IMG/VR virus record: IMGVR_UViG_3300035703_000020
Location: 32,001 to 96,000 of that record
DNA from: a virus
Strand: one strand, 5' to 3'
Length of the DNA stretch: 64,000 nucleotides
A program made the position numbers and the translations under genes. Positions within the stretch are counted from its first letter, which is position 1; each line of letters starts with the position of its first letter. Positions 46,098 to 55,493 of this stretch are shown here, piece after piece. The notes beneath the pieces were generated by a model. That model had not been told where the DNA came from and did not search any database. It saw only the letters and a list, made by a program, of their open reading frames with translations.

Positions 46098-47090
46098 GTG
46101 CGCAATAAGTACGCGGTAGACCCGGACGACACCACCTCGGCGGCCCGGGTCAAGTGGTGGGAGACCCTCCCGCTCAATGACGCCGAGCCATACGCCACCG
46201 CCGCCTGGGCCTACACCCAGACCGTGGTCGAGGTGGAAGAGGACTCCGACGAGCCGGGCCCGCTCGGCGACCAGGACGACCTCGACGTTGAAGGAACCCC
46301 GTGGTGGGAGACCATCGGCGGGGAGGGGCCGAAGCCCTACGCGGCGGCGGCGTGGACTTACATCTACGACTCGGACCTCGTCATCGAGCTGGTCGCGGTC
46401 TCCACCACGGAGCTGACCAGGATCGACGCGGGCTACGTCGACGACCCCGAATTCCGCGGGGACTACGACGCCGGGACGTTCGGCAACCCCGCCGACATCT
46501 ACATCGACGGGGTCTTCTACACATCGACGGGGTACGCGATAGAGGTGAAGCGCACATTCGCCGAGATCAAGGTATACGACTCGCTGGCGTCGTCCCCGGG
46601 GCCGCTGCCACTGATCGCCGAGCCCATCGGCAACCTCGTGACCGAGCCCAACGGCGGCGGGGACATCGTTCTCCTCGACCCGTCCACGCTCGGCGACACG
46701 GACCTCGGGACGGACCCGAACGTAGTCCAGCTGGAGACCGACATCCCGCCGCTGGAGTCCCAGGAGGTGCTGGTCAACGGCGGCGGATTCGACGGCTTCG
46801 CCATCGAGTTCCAGCGCCCCTCAACCAGTCAGGACGACATCCCGCCGGGCCAGCTGCTCGGCCAGATCAACTACGAGATATTCGGCTCCGTGGCCACGGT
46901 GACCTCCTGGGAGCACTACAACTGGGAGGACGACACGCCCATCCGCAAGGCCGTCGAGGCGATGCTGAACGGGCTGCCGGAGTCGGTGATCGAGGTCCGG
47001 GTGCTCGACGACCCGACGGCGTTCTGGCAGTCGCTGGGCTTCAACAGGGCCTACAAGGGCGACCCGTACATCCACTACTTCCCGGGCTGA
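46098..47090 (+). CDS. acidic virion-associated hypothetical protein
   Basis: GGGTAAA at 46062; duplicated WWET..PYA.AAW.Y motif. Confidence 0.6.
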   Translation: MRNKYAVDPDDTTSAARVKWWETLPLNDAEPYATAAWAYTQTVVEVEEDSDEPGPLGDQDDLDVEGTPWWETIGGEGPKPYAAAAWTYIYDSDLVIELVAVSTTELTRIDAGYVDDPEFRGDYDAGTFGNPADIYIDGVFYTSTGYAIEVKRTFAEIKVYDSLASSPGPLPLIAEPIGNLVTEPNGGGDIVLLDPSTLGDTDLGTDPNVVQLETDIPPLESQEVLVNGGGFDGFAIEFQRPSTSQDDIPPGQLLGQINYEIFGSVATVTSWEHYNWEDDTPIRKAVEAMLNGLPESVIEVRVLDDPTAFWQSLGFNRAYKGDPYIHYFPG

Positions 47091-47093
47091 CGA

Positions 47094-48137
47094 ATGGCCG
47101 CTCCGCAACTCTCAGAAGCTATCGTCAGGGACCAGACCAAGGTGCGTCTGGTGTTCGACCAGGCGCTTGACAGCACCGTAGCCGTGCCGGCGACGTGCTT
47201 CCAGATCAACTACGGCAAGACCCCGATCGCCGACCGGAGGTACGTCGACACCAACGAGCTCGAGCTCGTGCTCTCGCGCAATCTCACGCCGGGCGACAAG
47301 GTCTTCCTCAACTACACGCCGCCCGACGACGTCAACCTCGCGCTCAGGGCACCGGTGAAGCAGGGCGCCAGCGTGGCCACCATCAGGCGCAACGTCGTCA
47401 GGGCCCTGTTCAAGTTCCCCTGCCGCAACTTCCTCAAGATCAACGAGAAGTCCGCCGGGTGGGACGCCGACTCGAACCTCGGGGCATACGCCGACGGCAA
47501 GCCATACTCCAGGCGCGACCGCCCGGCCAACCCGCGCTCGGCAGGCGTGGACGACTTTGTCCTGGCCTTCGGCCTGAAGGAGGCGATCCAGATCACCAAC
47601 ATCGACGACGCCGACGCGACCCAGCCGAACGAGGTGCGGCTGATGATGGCGATCCAGGACGCGAACGCGCTGATCGACTCCTACATCAACCAGTCGACGA
47701 AGGCCGGCAAGCTGCTCGTCAGCTCCAACCGCCGTCGGACGTCGCTGATCATCGCCAGGTACTACCTGGACTCCGTGCGCCGCCGCGAGGACGTCCTCAA
47801 GGACTACGAGCGCTGCATCAAGGAGCTCGAGGCCGCGACCACCTACAATATGGCGGTCAGGCCCGACGCCGAGATGGCGATCAACTCCAAGGCCGGGCTC
47901 CTGCGCTCCTGGCGCATCCCCCAGTACTACAACGGCGTCAGCGGCAAGGGCCTGAGTGGCTGGTGGACCGACTCCGCCGCCGACATGACGCGCGACTGGC
48001 GCTACAACCGGATCAACGCGGAGGTCAACAACCGCGAGAACAACTGGCGCGCCGAGCCAACGAACGAGGGCCGCACGCCGGAGCAGCCCGCGGACGACTC
48101 CGCGACGATCGTGTCCGGCAACTCACAGACATCCTGA
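47094..48137 (+). CDS. head-tail adaptor (Mu gp36/DUF1320-like) with N-terminal Ig-like domain
   Basis: AIQDANALIDSYI..IARYYL..DYERCIKEL. Confidence 0.7.
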   Translation: MAAPQLSEAIVRDQTKVRLVFDQALDSTVAVPATCFQINYGKTPIADRRYVDTNELELVLSRNLTPGDKVFLNYTPPDDVNLALRAPVKQGASVATIRRNVVRALFKFPCRNFLKINEKSAGWDADSNLGAYADGKPYSRRDRPANPRSAGVDDFVLAFGLKEAIQITNIDDADATQPNEVRLMMAIQDANALIDSYINQSTKAGKLLVSSNRRRTSLIIARYYLDSVRRREDVLKDYERCIKELEAATTYNMAVRPDAEMAINSKAGLLRSWRIPQYYNGVSGKGLSGWWTDSAADMTRDWRYNRINAEVNNRENNWRAEPTNEGRTPEQPADDSATIVSGNSQTS

Positions 48138-48143
48138 CGCAAG

Positions 48144-48560
48144 ATGGCCCTCAACTTCCCGTCCAGCCCGGTCAACGGGCAGATCTACACCGTCGGCGAC
48201 CAGTCGTGGCAGTACAGCGCCGCGACGACCAGCTGGAACGTCGTATCGCAGGCCGAGGCCCTAGGCCCGGTCTACATCGGCTCCCTCCCGCCCACGTCGC
48301 CCGTCGAGGGCGGCCTGTGGTGGAATTCCAACAGCGGCCAGCTGTACATCCGGTACGTCGACGACGACGGCGGCCAGTGGGTCAGCGCGACCGTCAACCC
48401 GCCGGTCACCAACCTGGACTCAGACGCGGTGGTCGACGCGCTGGTGGGGGAGCTCACGCAGTACGCTGATCAGGCGGCGGCGGTCGCCGGCGGCGTGCCG
48501 CTCGGCGGCCTGTACCGCGTCGCCGGGTCCGGCGTCGGCTGCATCCGAGTCGTTGTCTGA
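48144..48560 (+). CDS. tail-fibre-associated protein
   Basis: MALNFPSSPVNGQIY; GGLWWNS..GQLYI..QWV. Confidence 0.7.
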   Translation: MALNFPSSPVNGQIYTVGDQSWQYSAATTSWNVVSQAEALGPVYIGSLPPTSPVEGGLWWNSNSGQLYIRYVDDDGGQWVSATVNPPVTNLDSDAVVDALVGELTQYADQAAAVAGGVPLGGLYRVAGSGVGCIRVVV

Positions 48561-48575
48561 TCCTGGAGGTAGGGG

Positions 48576-49250
48576 ATGACCCTCGCGGCTGTTCAAAATC
48601 TTCGCTCCTTCACGCAGGACGAGCACCCCACGGACCTGGAGCCGGGCCAGATCGCCTTCAATCTGGCTCAGGGCAACATCAACCTCAGCGAGGGCGACGC
48701 CAACATCTACATGTACGTCGGCAACCAGTCCGACATCAGGATGGACGAGGACGGCACGGTCCTCGTCGGCGGCGGCACCGCGGGCAAGGGCTGGATCAGG
48801 TACAGTCTCCGCGGGACTAGGGTCACGGGCGACTCCATCTACGGCGATCTGGACATCATCGGCGCTAGCGTAAAAATACGGAAGAGCGGCCCCGACTACG
48901 CCGAGCTCGTCATCCCAAAAGTAGCCGACACACCGTCCTCGAGCTCCGAGGTCGGGTCGATCCGTTGGAATTCCAACTTCGGAAAGCTACAAGCGTGGGA
49001 CGGCGCCAAGTGGGACAACACCTCGAAGGTGTTCGTGGACACCGTAGCGCCGGCAAACCCCTCGAACGGCGACCTGTGGCTCAGCCCGTCGCCGATAGCC
49101 ACCCTCTACGTCTACGTCGTCCCGACATCGGGCCCCGCGGCGTGGGTGGTTACGTCCAGCGCGGCGTCGGTCACTGCCCTGCAGCCCGGCAACGGCGTGA
49201 CGGCCAACGCCTCCAACGAGATTGACATCATCGACCAAGGACCCTTCTAA
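48576..49250 (+). CDS. tail-fibre-associated protein
   Basis: LEPGQIAFN, GSIRWN, PSNGDLW; ends IIDQGPF. Confidence 0.7.
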   Translation: MTLAAVQNLRSFTQDEHPTDLEPGQIAFNLAQGNINLSEGDANIYMYVGNQSDIRMDEDGTVLVGGGTAGKGWIRYSLRGTRVTGDSIYGDLDIIGASVKIRKSGPDYAELVIPKVADTPSSSSEVGSIRWNSNFGKLQAWDGAKWDNTSKVFVDTVAPANPSNGDLWLSPSPIATLYVYVVPTSGPAAWVVTSSAASVTALQPGNGVTANASNEIDIIDQGPF

Positions 49251-49255
49251 AAGCC

Positions 49256-51430
49256 ATGGCAGTTAAGATTCAACATCTACGCTCCGACGTAGCAAGCAAG
49301 AGGCCTACAGGCGCGGGTCTGTTGGCCGGTGAGATCGCGCTCAACATCGACAGCGGTACCCCGGGTGCCTTCTTCAAGGACGAGCTCGGTGGTATCATTA
49401 AAGTCGGCCCCGCTGAGGTGGGCAGCTCCGCCCCCAACGCCTCTCCGGCGTCTGGCGGGTCGAGCGGCAATACCACCGGTGAGTTTTGGTACGACACGTC
49501 TAACACCGGGGGCAACAGCCAGGCGGCGCTGAAGGTCTACAACGGCTCGGCCTTCGCCTACATCGGCAAGGTGACCATCGGCAGCACGAACATCGAGCTC
49601 GGCGCCGCCGCGACCACGACGATCACCGGTTTGACGTCGCTGACCTCAGCCACGCTCGACGCGACAACCAGCGTCGATCTGGAGAACCAGGCGGACCTGC
49701 GATTCTTCGAGGCCACGGCCAACGGCTCGAACTACGTCGGCTTCCAGGCGCCATCGGCCATCACGACGAACGTCCTGTGGACGCTCCCCGGCGCCGATGG
49801 TACGGCCAACCAGGTCCTGACCACGGACGGCGCGGGCGCCCTGAGCTGGACCGAGGCCCGCACCAATGACATCACGCAGGGCAACACCAGTGTCACCGTC
49901 ACCGACACTGGTGTCGACGGCACGGTGACCTTCGTGACCGAGGGCTCCACCCGCTGGACGATGAGCTCCGCGGGCCACCTCCTGCCAGGCGCCGACTCCA
50001 CCTACAACATCGGCGCGAGCGGCAACGAGGTCAGCAACATCTACGTCGACACGCTGAACGTCGGCGCGATCACCGCCAGCGGCACCCTGACGCTCAACGG
50101 CGACGTCGACCTGGGCAACGCGACCACCGACACCGTGACCTTCACGGCACGGGTCGACTCCAACATCCTGCCCTCCGCCGACAACACCTACACCCTCGGC
50201 ACCGCGGCCAACCGCTGGTCCGAGGTGCGCGCGACCACCCTCTACGGCACGGTCAACGAGGTCACCGTCGTCAAGTCGATCACCGGCGACAGCGGCACGG
50301 CGACCCCGACCGCCCAGACCTTCAAGATCTCCGGCGGCACCGGCCTGACGTCCACCGCCGGTAGTACCACGGTCACGATCGACCTGGACAACACCGCGGT
50401 CACGCCGGCCGCCTACGGCTCGGCCTCCCAGGTGGCGACCTTCACCGTCGACGCCCAGGGCAGACTGACCGCGGCCGCGAACACGTCGATCAGCATCACG
50501 GCGTCGCAGGTCTCCGACTTTAACACCGCCGTCCGGACGAACCGCCTCGACCAGATGGCGGCCCCAACCGCCGCGGTCTCGCTGAACAGCCAGAAGATCA
50601 CCAACCTGGCGACCCCGACCCTCGACACCGACGCCGCCAACAAGGGCTACGTCGACAGCGTGGCGCAGGGCATCGACGTCAAGGGCTCCTGCCGCGTGGC
50701 GACCACGGCCGCGCTGCCCACGGTCACCTACGCTAACGGCTCCTCCGGCGTCGGCGCCACCCTGACCGCCTCCGCGGTTGGCGTCCTGACGATCGACGGC
50801 GTGGCGACGGTCCTCGGCGACCGCATCCTGGTGAAGAACCAGGCGTCGCAGCTGCAGAACGGCATCTACACCGTGACGACGGCCGGCGCGGCGGGCACGG
50901 CGTTCGTGCTGACCCGCTCGACCGACATGGACCTGGCGGCCGAGTTCCCCTCGGCGTTCACGTTCATCGAGGAGGGCACCACCAACGCCGACAGCGGCTG
51001 GGTGTGCACCACCAACGCCCCGGTGACGGTCGGCACGTCGAACATCACGTTCGACCAGTTCTCCGGCGCCGGCCAGATCACTGCCGGGAACGGCCTCTCG
51101 AAGACCGGCAACACGCTGGACGTCAATGTCGACTCCCGCGCGTCCGGCACCAAGACGACCGCGATCGTGTCCGACGAGGTCCGGATCGACTCGGCGTGGA
51201 CCGGCCAGACGTCCCTGACGACTCTCGGCACGATCACGACGGGCACCTGGAACGGCACCATTATCGGCCGGGCCTACGGCGGCACCGGCGTGGACAACAC
51301 CTCCATCGCCCAGAACTACGCCTACCTTGGCCCCAACACCGGCGGTGCTGGCACGCCGACCTGGCGCGAGATCCTGACCAGCGACATCGCCCCGGTCACA
51401 GGCGGCAGCTTCGACGCCGGCACCTACTGA
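49256..51430 (+). CDS. tail fibre protein
   Basis: Thr/Gly-rich; GEIALN, DAANKGYVD, GDRILVKNQ..NGIY; ends FDAGTY. Confidence 0.85.
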   Translation: MAVKIQHLRSDVASKRPTGAGLLAGEIALNIDSGTPGAFFKDELGGIIKVGPAEVGSSAPNASPASGGSSGNTTGEFWYDTSNTGGNSQAALKVYNGSAFAYIGKVTIGSTNIELGAAATTTITGLTSLTSATLDATTSVDLENQADLRFFEATANGSNYVGFQAPSAITTNVLWTLPGADGTANQVLTTDGAGALSWTEARTNDITQGNTSVTVTDTGVDGTVTFVTEGSTRWTMSSAGHLLPGADSTYNIGASGNEVSNIYVDTLNVGAITASGTLTLNGDVDLGNATTDTVTFTARVDSNILPSADNTYTLGTAANRWSEVRATTLYGTVNEVTVVKSITGDSGTATPTAQTFKISGGTGLTSTAGSTTVTIDLDNTAVTPAAYGSASQVATFTVDAQGRLTAAANTSISITASQVSDFNTAVRTNRLDQMAAPTAAVSLNSQKITNLATPTLDTDAANKGYVDSVAQGIDVKGSCRVATTAALPTVTYANGSSGVGATLTASAVGVLTIDGVATVLGDRILVKNQASQLQNGIYTVTTAGAAGTAFVLTRSTDMDLAAEFPSAFTFIEEGTTNADSGWVCTTNAPVTVGTSNITFDQFSGAGQITAGNGLSKTGNTLDVNVDSRASGTKTTAIVSDEVRIDSAWTGQTSLTTLGTITTGTWNGTIIGRAYGGTGVDNTSIAQNYAYLGPNTGGAGTPTWREILTSDIAPVTGGSFDAGTY

Positions 51431-51512
51431 TAGGCGCCCGCTCACAATCTGGGTAAGTCACGGGGGAGCTACATAGCTCCCTCTTTTCGTAAGCCCCTAC
51501 ATAGGGCCGAGC

Positions 51513-52523
51513 ATGGCAATCAATTTCCTGCTGAAGCGGTCAGCGGTCGCGAGCAAGCGCCCGACGCCCGCGCAGCTAGACATAGGCGAGCTCTCGCTGA
51601 ACTACGACCAGGGGACGCCAGGCCTCTTCTTCGAGGACGACGCGGGCGCGGTCCGGAAGATCGGCCCGACGGAGGTCGGCGGCACCGCCCCCAACGTGTC
51701 CCCTGCCGGCCAGTCCGGCAACAGCATCGGCGAGATGTGGCTCGACACGTCCGTCACGATCCCGCTGCTCAAGACGTGGGACGGGTCCGCGTGGAAGGTC
51801 CCGGGCGCGACCACGATCGGATCGACCTCCATCTCCGTCGGCTCGACGTCCACGACGCTCGCGGGCCTGACGTCGGTGACCTCGGCCGACATCAACGCGA
51901 CGACGTCCGTCGACCTCGAGAACCGGGCCGACCTCCGCTTCTTCGAGGCCACGGCCAACGGCGCCAACTACGTGGGCTTCCAGGCGCCGGCGGCGATCGG
52001 GTCGGACGTCCTGTGGACGCTTCCCTCGGCCGACGGGACTACGGGCCAGGTCCTCAGAACCGACGGGGCCGGCGTGCTGAGCTGGGTCAGCCCCGGGGCG
52101 GCGTCGGCCGGCGGCTCGAACACGCAGATTCAATACAACAGCACGGGCACGCTCGCGGGCTCAGCCAACTTCACTTTCGACGGGTCCAATGTCCAGATCG
52201 GGGCCCAAGGCGACCTGAGACTGGCGGACTCCGACTCGTCCCACTACGTGGCCCTGCAGGCGCCGGCGACGGTCGCGGCGAGCATCACCTTCACCCTGCC
52301 GTCCGCCGACGGAACGAGCGGGCAGGTCCTGACGACGAACGGGAGCGGCGCGCTCTCCTTCCAGTCGATCAACCAGAACTACCTTCAGAGCACGAAGGTG
52401 GTGTCGTCCAACACGACCGTGCCCACTGCCGGTTACAACCAGGCGGCGCTCTACGATTTGGAGATCGCCTCCGGGGTCACATTCGAGGTCTCCGCCGGGG
52501 AGACATTCGCGATCATCGACTAA
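51513..52523 (+). CDS. tail fibre protein (paralog of 49256)
   Basis: Shares its N-terminus and TLPxADGxxGQVLxTDG modules with 49256. Confidence 0.82.
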   Translation: MAINFLLKRSAVASKRPTPAQLDIGELSLNYDQGTPGLFFEDDAGAVRKIGPTEVGGTAPNVSPAGQSGNSIGEMWLDTSVTIPLLKTWDGSAWKVPGATTIGSTSISVGSTSTTLAGLTSVTSADINATTSVDLENRADLRFFEATANGANYVGFQAPAAIGSDVLWTLPSADGTTGQVLRTDGAGVLSWVSPGAASAGGSNTQIQYNSTGTLAGSANFTFDGSNVQIGAQGDLRLADSDSSHYVALQAPATVAASITFTLPSADGTSGQVLTTNGSGALSFQSINQNYLQSTKVVSSNTTVPTAGYNQAALYDLEIASGVTFEVSAGETFAIID

Positions 52524-52529
52524 TTAACC

Positions 52530-52922
52530 ATGCCATACGGAACACTCAAGGCGGACACGATCGAGAGCACCGCCGGCCTAACGCTCACCCAGAGCGGCAC
52601 GAACAAGGTGCTGACCCTGGGAGGCAACCTCACGACCTCCGGCGCCTTCGCGACGACGCTCACCGTCACCGGCACGACCAACGTGACCCTGCCGACGAGC
52701 GGCACGCTGCTGTCGGACACTTCGATCATCACCGGGGCGCAGGGCGGCACCGGCGTCAACAACTCAGGTAAAACCATCACACTGGACGGCAATCTGACAA
52801 CGTCCGGCGCCTTCGCGTGCACTCTCACGCTGACTGGCTCTACCAACGTGACACTCCCGACCAGCGGCACCCTCGGCACGAAGGGCCTCACGGCGGCCTT
52901 CGGCATCATCTTCGGCTTCTGA
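52530..52922 (+). CDS. short fibre protein with internal duplication
   Basis: TLxGNLTTSGAFAxTLTxTGxTNVTLPTSGTL present twice. Confidence 0.75.
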   Translation: MPYGTLKADTIESTAGLTLTQSGTNKVLTLGGNLTTSGAFATTLTVTGTTNVTLPTSGTLLSDTSIITGAQGGTGVNNSGKTITLDGNLTTSGAFACTLTLTGSTNVTLPTSGTLGTKGLTAAFGIIFGF

Positions 52923-52933
52923 TCTGACGCGCT

Positions 52934-53572
52934 ATGCCAACACAGGTACAGTTCAGGCGGGGGACCACCGCCGAGAACCTGGCGTTCGCCGGGGCTCCCG
53001 GCGAGATCACCGTCGACACGAGCATCAACACCGTCCGCGTGCACAACGGGGCCACGGCCGGCGGGTTCGAGCTGGCCTCGTGCGTGGCGGCGCAGACACT
53101 CACCAACAAGGTGCTGCAGAGCCCGCTGATGCAGACCCCGTCCGTCACGGGCGACGGGATGAACTTCCAGGGGTCGACCAGCGGCGTCATGCGGTTGAAG
53201 GCGCAGGCGATCACCGCGACCGGCACCATCTTCCTCCCGAGCTCCGGCGGCACCCTGCTGACGACGGGCGGGATCGGGAGTATCACGGGCTCGATGATCG
53301 CGAACGACACGATCACGGACGCCAACATCAGCGTGTCGGCCGCCATCTCCAGCTCGAAGCTCAGCTTCGACGCGGACGTCCTGCCCGACGCCGACAACAC
53401 GATCAACCTCGGGTCCCCGTCGCTCCGCTTCGCCAACATCTACACCGGCGACCTGCACCTGCGCAACGACCGCGGCGACTGGACCGTGGTGGAGGAGGAG
53501 CACGCCCTGACGCTCCGGAACAACAAGACGGGCAAGCGATACGAGTTCGTCCTGAAGGAGATCGAAGACTGA
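52934..53572 (+). CDS. tail fibre protein (Mtd-N-like N-terminus)
   Basis: QFRRGTT..GEITVDT; C-terminal GDLHLRNDRGDWT. Confidence 0.8.
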   Translation: MPTQVQFRRGTTAENLAFAGAPGEITVDTSINTVRVHNGATAGGFELASCVAAQTLTNKVLQSPLMQTPSVTGDGMNFQGSTSGVMRLKAQAITATGTIFLPSSGGTLLTTGGIGSITGSMIANDTITDANISVSAAISSSKLSFDADVLPDADNTINLGSPSLRFANIYTGDLHLRNDRGDWTVVEEEHALTLRNNKTGKRYEFVLKEIED

Positions 53573-53576
53573 CGCC

Positions 53577-55493
53577 ATGGCAAACCGCTTCCCGCTCACG
53601 CTAGACCCAATCGCGCAGCAGATCCGGGAGATCTCTGTAGGCGACAGCTTCGACCTCACGGGCAACACGGTCTCGTCCGACCTCATCCCGCTGATCCCCA
53701 ACACGTACAGCATAGGCGGCGTCGGGTTCCAGTGGCTCGACGTGCACGCCCAGAACATCTACGGCGCGCTGCAGACCGGGTCGCAGCCGTCGATCTTCGA
53801 GGTCGGCACGATCAGCGCCGGGCAGTGGCAGGCCAGCCCGGTCTCGACGCAGTACGGGGGCACCGGCGGGGCCCTGTCCCCGGTCGCCGGCGCGGTCCTG
53901 TACTCGCAGGCGGGCCAATTCAACGTGACGGCCGTCGGGGCCAGCGGGCAGGTGCTGAGATCCAACGGCGGCGCTGCCCCAAGCTGGACGAGCTCGCTCG
54001 ACCTGACCGACCTGAACATCTCATCGTCCCTGCACCTGCTTGACCAGAAGGCGATCCGGTTCTACGAGGGCGGCGGCGGGCCGAACTACGTCGAGATGCG
54101 GGCGCCCCTGACGATCGGCTCGGACTACGTGCTGACGCTCCCGGCCGACGACGGCAATCCCGGCGAGGTCATGGCGACCGACGGCTCCGGCAACCTGTCC
54201 TGGACGAGCCCGGTCGGCACCTTCATCTCGGCCGGCGACTCCGGCGTCTACGTGACGGACCCGGGCGTCGGCGGCCAGATCGCGTTCAAGACCGACAACC
54301 TCACCCGCTGGGAGCTCAACACTGCTGGGCACCTCATCCCGAGCACCGACAGCACCTACGACCTCGGCCTAAACGGCCAGCGCGTCGCGAACGTCTACGC
54401 AGACAGCTACCACGGCGAGATCGCGACCAACAACCAGCCGAACATCACCGGGCTCGGGACCGTCTCCAGCGGCACGTGGAGCGCGACGGTCATCGACCCG
54501 CTGTACGGCGGGACCGGCGTGTCCAACCCGTCCGGGCGCACGATCACGCTCGGTGGATCGATCACGACCGCCAACTCGTTCCAGACGTCGGGCAACTTCC
54601 CCATCACCCTGACGGCCACCGGCAACACGAGCATCACGCTGCCCACGAGCGGCACGCTGGTGTCGTCGTCGGTCACGACGCTCAGCAGCCTGACCACCGT
54701 CGGCAGCCTGCTCAGCCTGACGTGCCAGGGGACGACCAACCTGCAGGCCGGCGTGACCCTGGGCAGCAATGCCACCGACACGCTCACGATCAACAGCCGC
54801 CTGGCCTCGGACATCATCCCGAGCACGGACAACGCCAGGGACCTCGGCGGCGCCGGCTACCGCTTCGCGGAGGTTTGGGCTAGCCTGGCCTACCTCAACG
54901 AGGTCCGCCTCCCGACCGAGGGCCCGGTCAAGTTCTACGAGGCGGCGGTCAACGGCACCGACTATGTGGGCTTCCAGGCCCCGACGAGCATCACTGGGAC
55001 CGTCATCTGGAAGCTGCCGCCCGCGGACGGCGGCGCCAACCAGGTGCTGAAGACGGACGGCGCTGGCAACCTCTCCTGGGCAGCGGGCAGCGCGGTCGCG
55101 GCGGGCGGCTCCACCACGCAGGTCCAGTACAACTCGGGCGGATCGCTGACCGGCTCCGCGAACATGACGTTCGACGGGTCGACGCTGACCGTGCTTGGGC
55201 TGACTGTCAACAACGCCGCCAGCTTCAACGGTTCCACGACCACGTTCGGCAACGCCACGAGCGACGCCGTCGTCTTCAACGCGCGGGTCAACTCCGACCT
55301 CCTCCCCAGCACGGACAACACGCGCAACCTCGGCAGCGCGTCCAACCGCTGGGCGAACATCTACACCGGCGACCTCCACCTCAAGAACGAGAGGGGAGAC
55401 TGGACGATCATCGAGGAGGAGGACGCGCTGACCATCCGCAATAACAAGACGGGCAGGGTCTACGACATCATGATGACGCCGAGGGGGTCCTGA
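53577..55493 (+). CDS. tail fibre protein
   Basis: MANRFPL; mosaic of modules shared with neighbouring fibres. Confidence 0.82.
   Translation: MANRFPLTLDPIAQQIREISVGDSFDLTGNTVSSDLIPLIPNTYSIGGVGFQWLDVHAQNIYGALQTGSQPSIFEVGTISAGQWQASPVSTQYGGTGGALSPVAGAVLYSQAGQFNVTAVGASGQVLRSNGGAAPSWTSSLDLTDLNISSSLHLLDQKAIRFYEGGGGPNYVEMRAPLTIGSDYVLTLPADDGNPGEVMATDGSGNLSWTSPVGTFISAGDSGVYVTDPGVGGQIAFKTDNLTRWELNTAGHLIPSTDSTYDLGLNGQRVANVYADSYHGEIATNNQPNITGLGTVSSGTWSATVIDPLYGGTGVSNPSGRTITLGGSITTANSFQTSGNFPITLTATGNTSITLPTSGTLVSSSVTTLSSLTTVGSLLSLTCQGTTNLQAGVTLGSNATDTLTINSRLASDIIPSTDNARDLGGAGYRFAEVWASLAYLNEVRLPTEGPVKFYEAAVNGTDYVGFQAPTSITGTVIWKLPPADGGANQVLKTDGAGNLSWAAGSAVAAGGSTTQVQYNSGGSLTGSANMTFDGSTLTVLGLTVNNAASFNGSTTTFGNATSDAVVFNARVNSDLLPSTDNTRNLGSASNRWANIYTGDLHLKNERGDWTIIEEEDALTIRNNKTGRVYDIMMTPRGS

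Noticed and set aside
52934-55493. Diversity-generating retroelement (Mtd-like N-terminus and duplicated C-terminal DNA at about 53400 and 55320)
   Set aside because: Differences between the copies are mostly synonymous and not adenine-specific; no reverse transcriptase in the window
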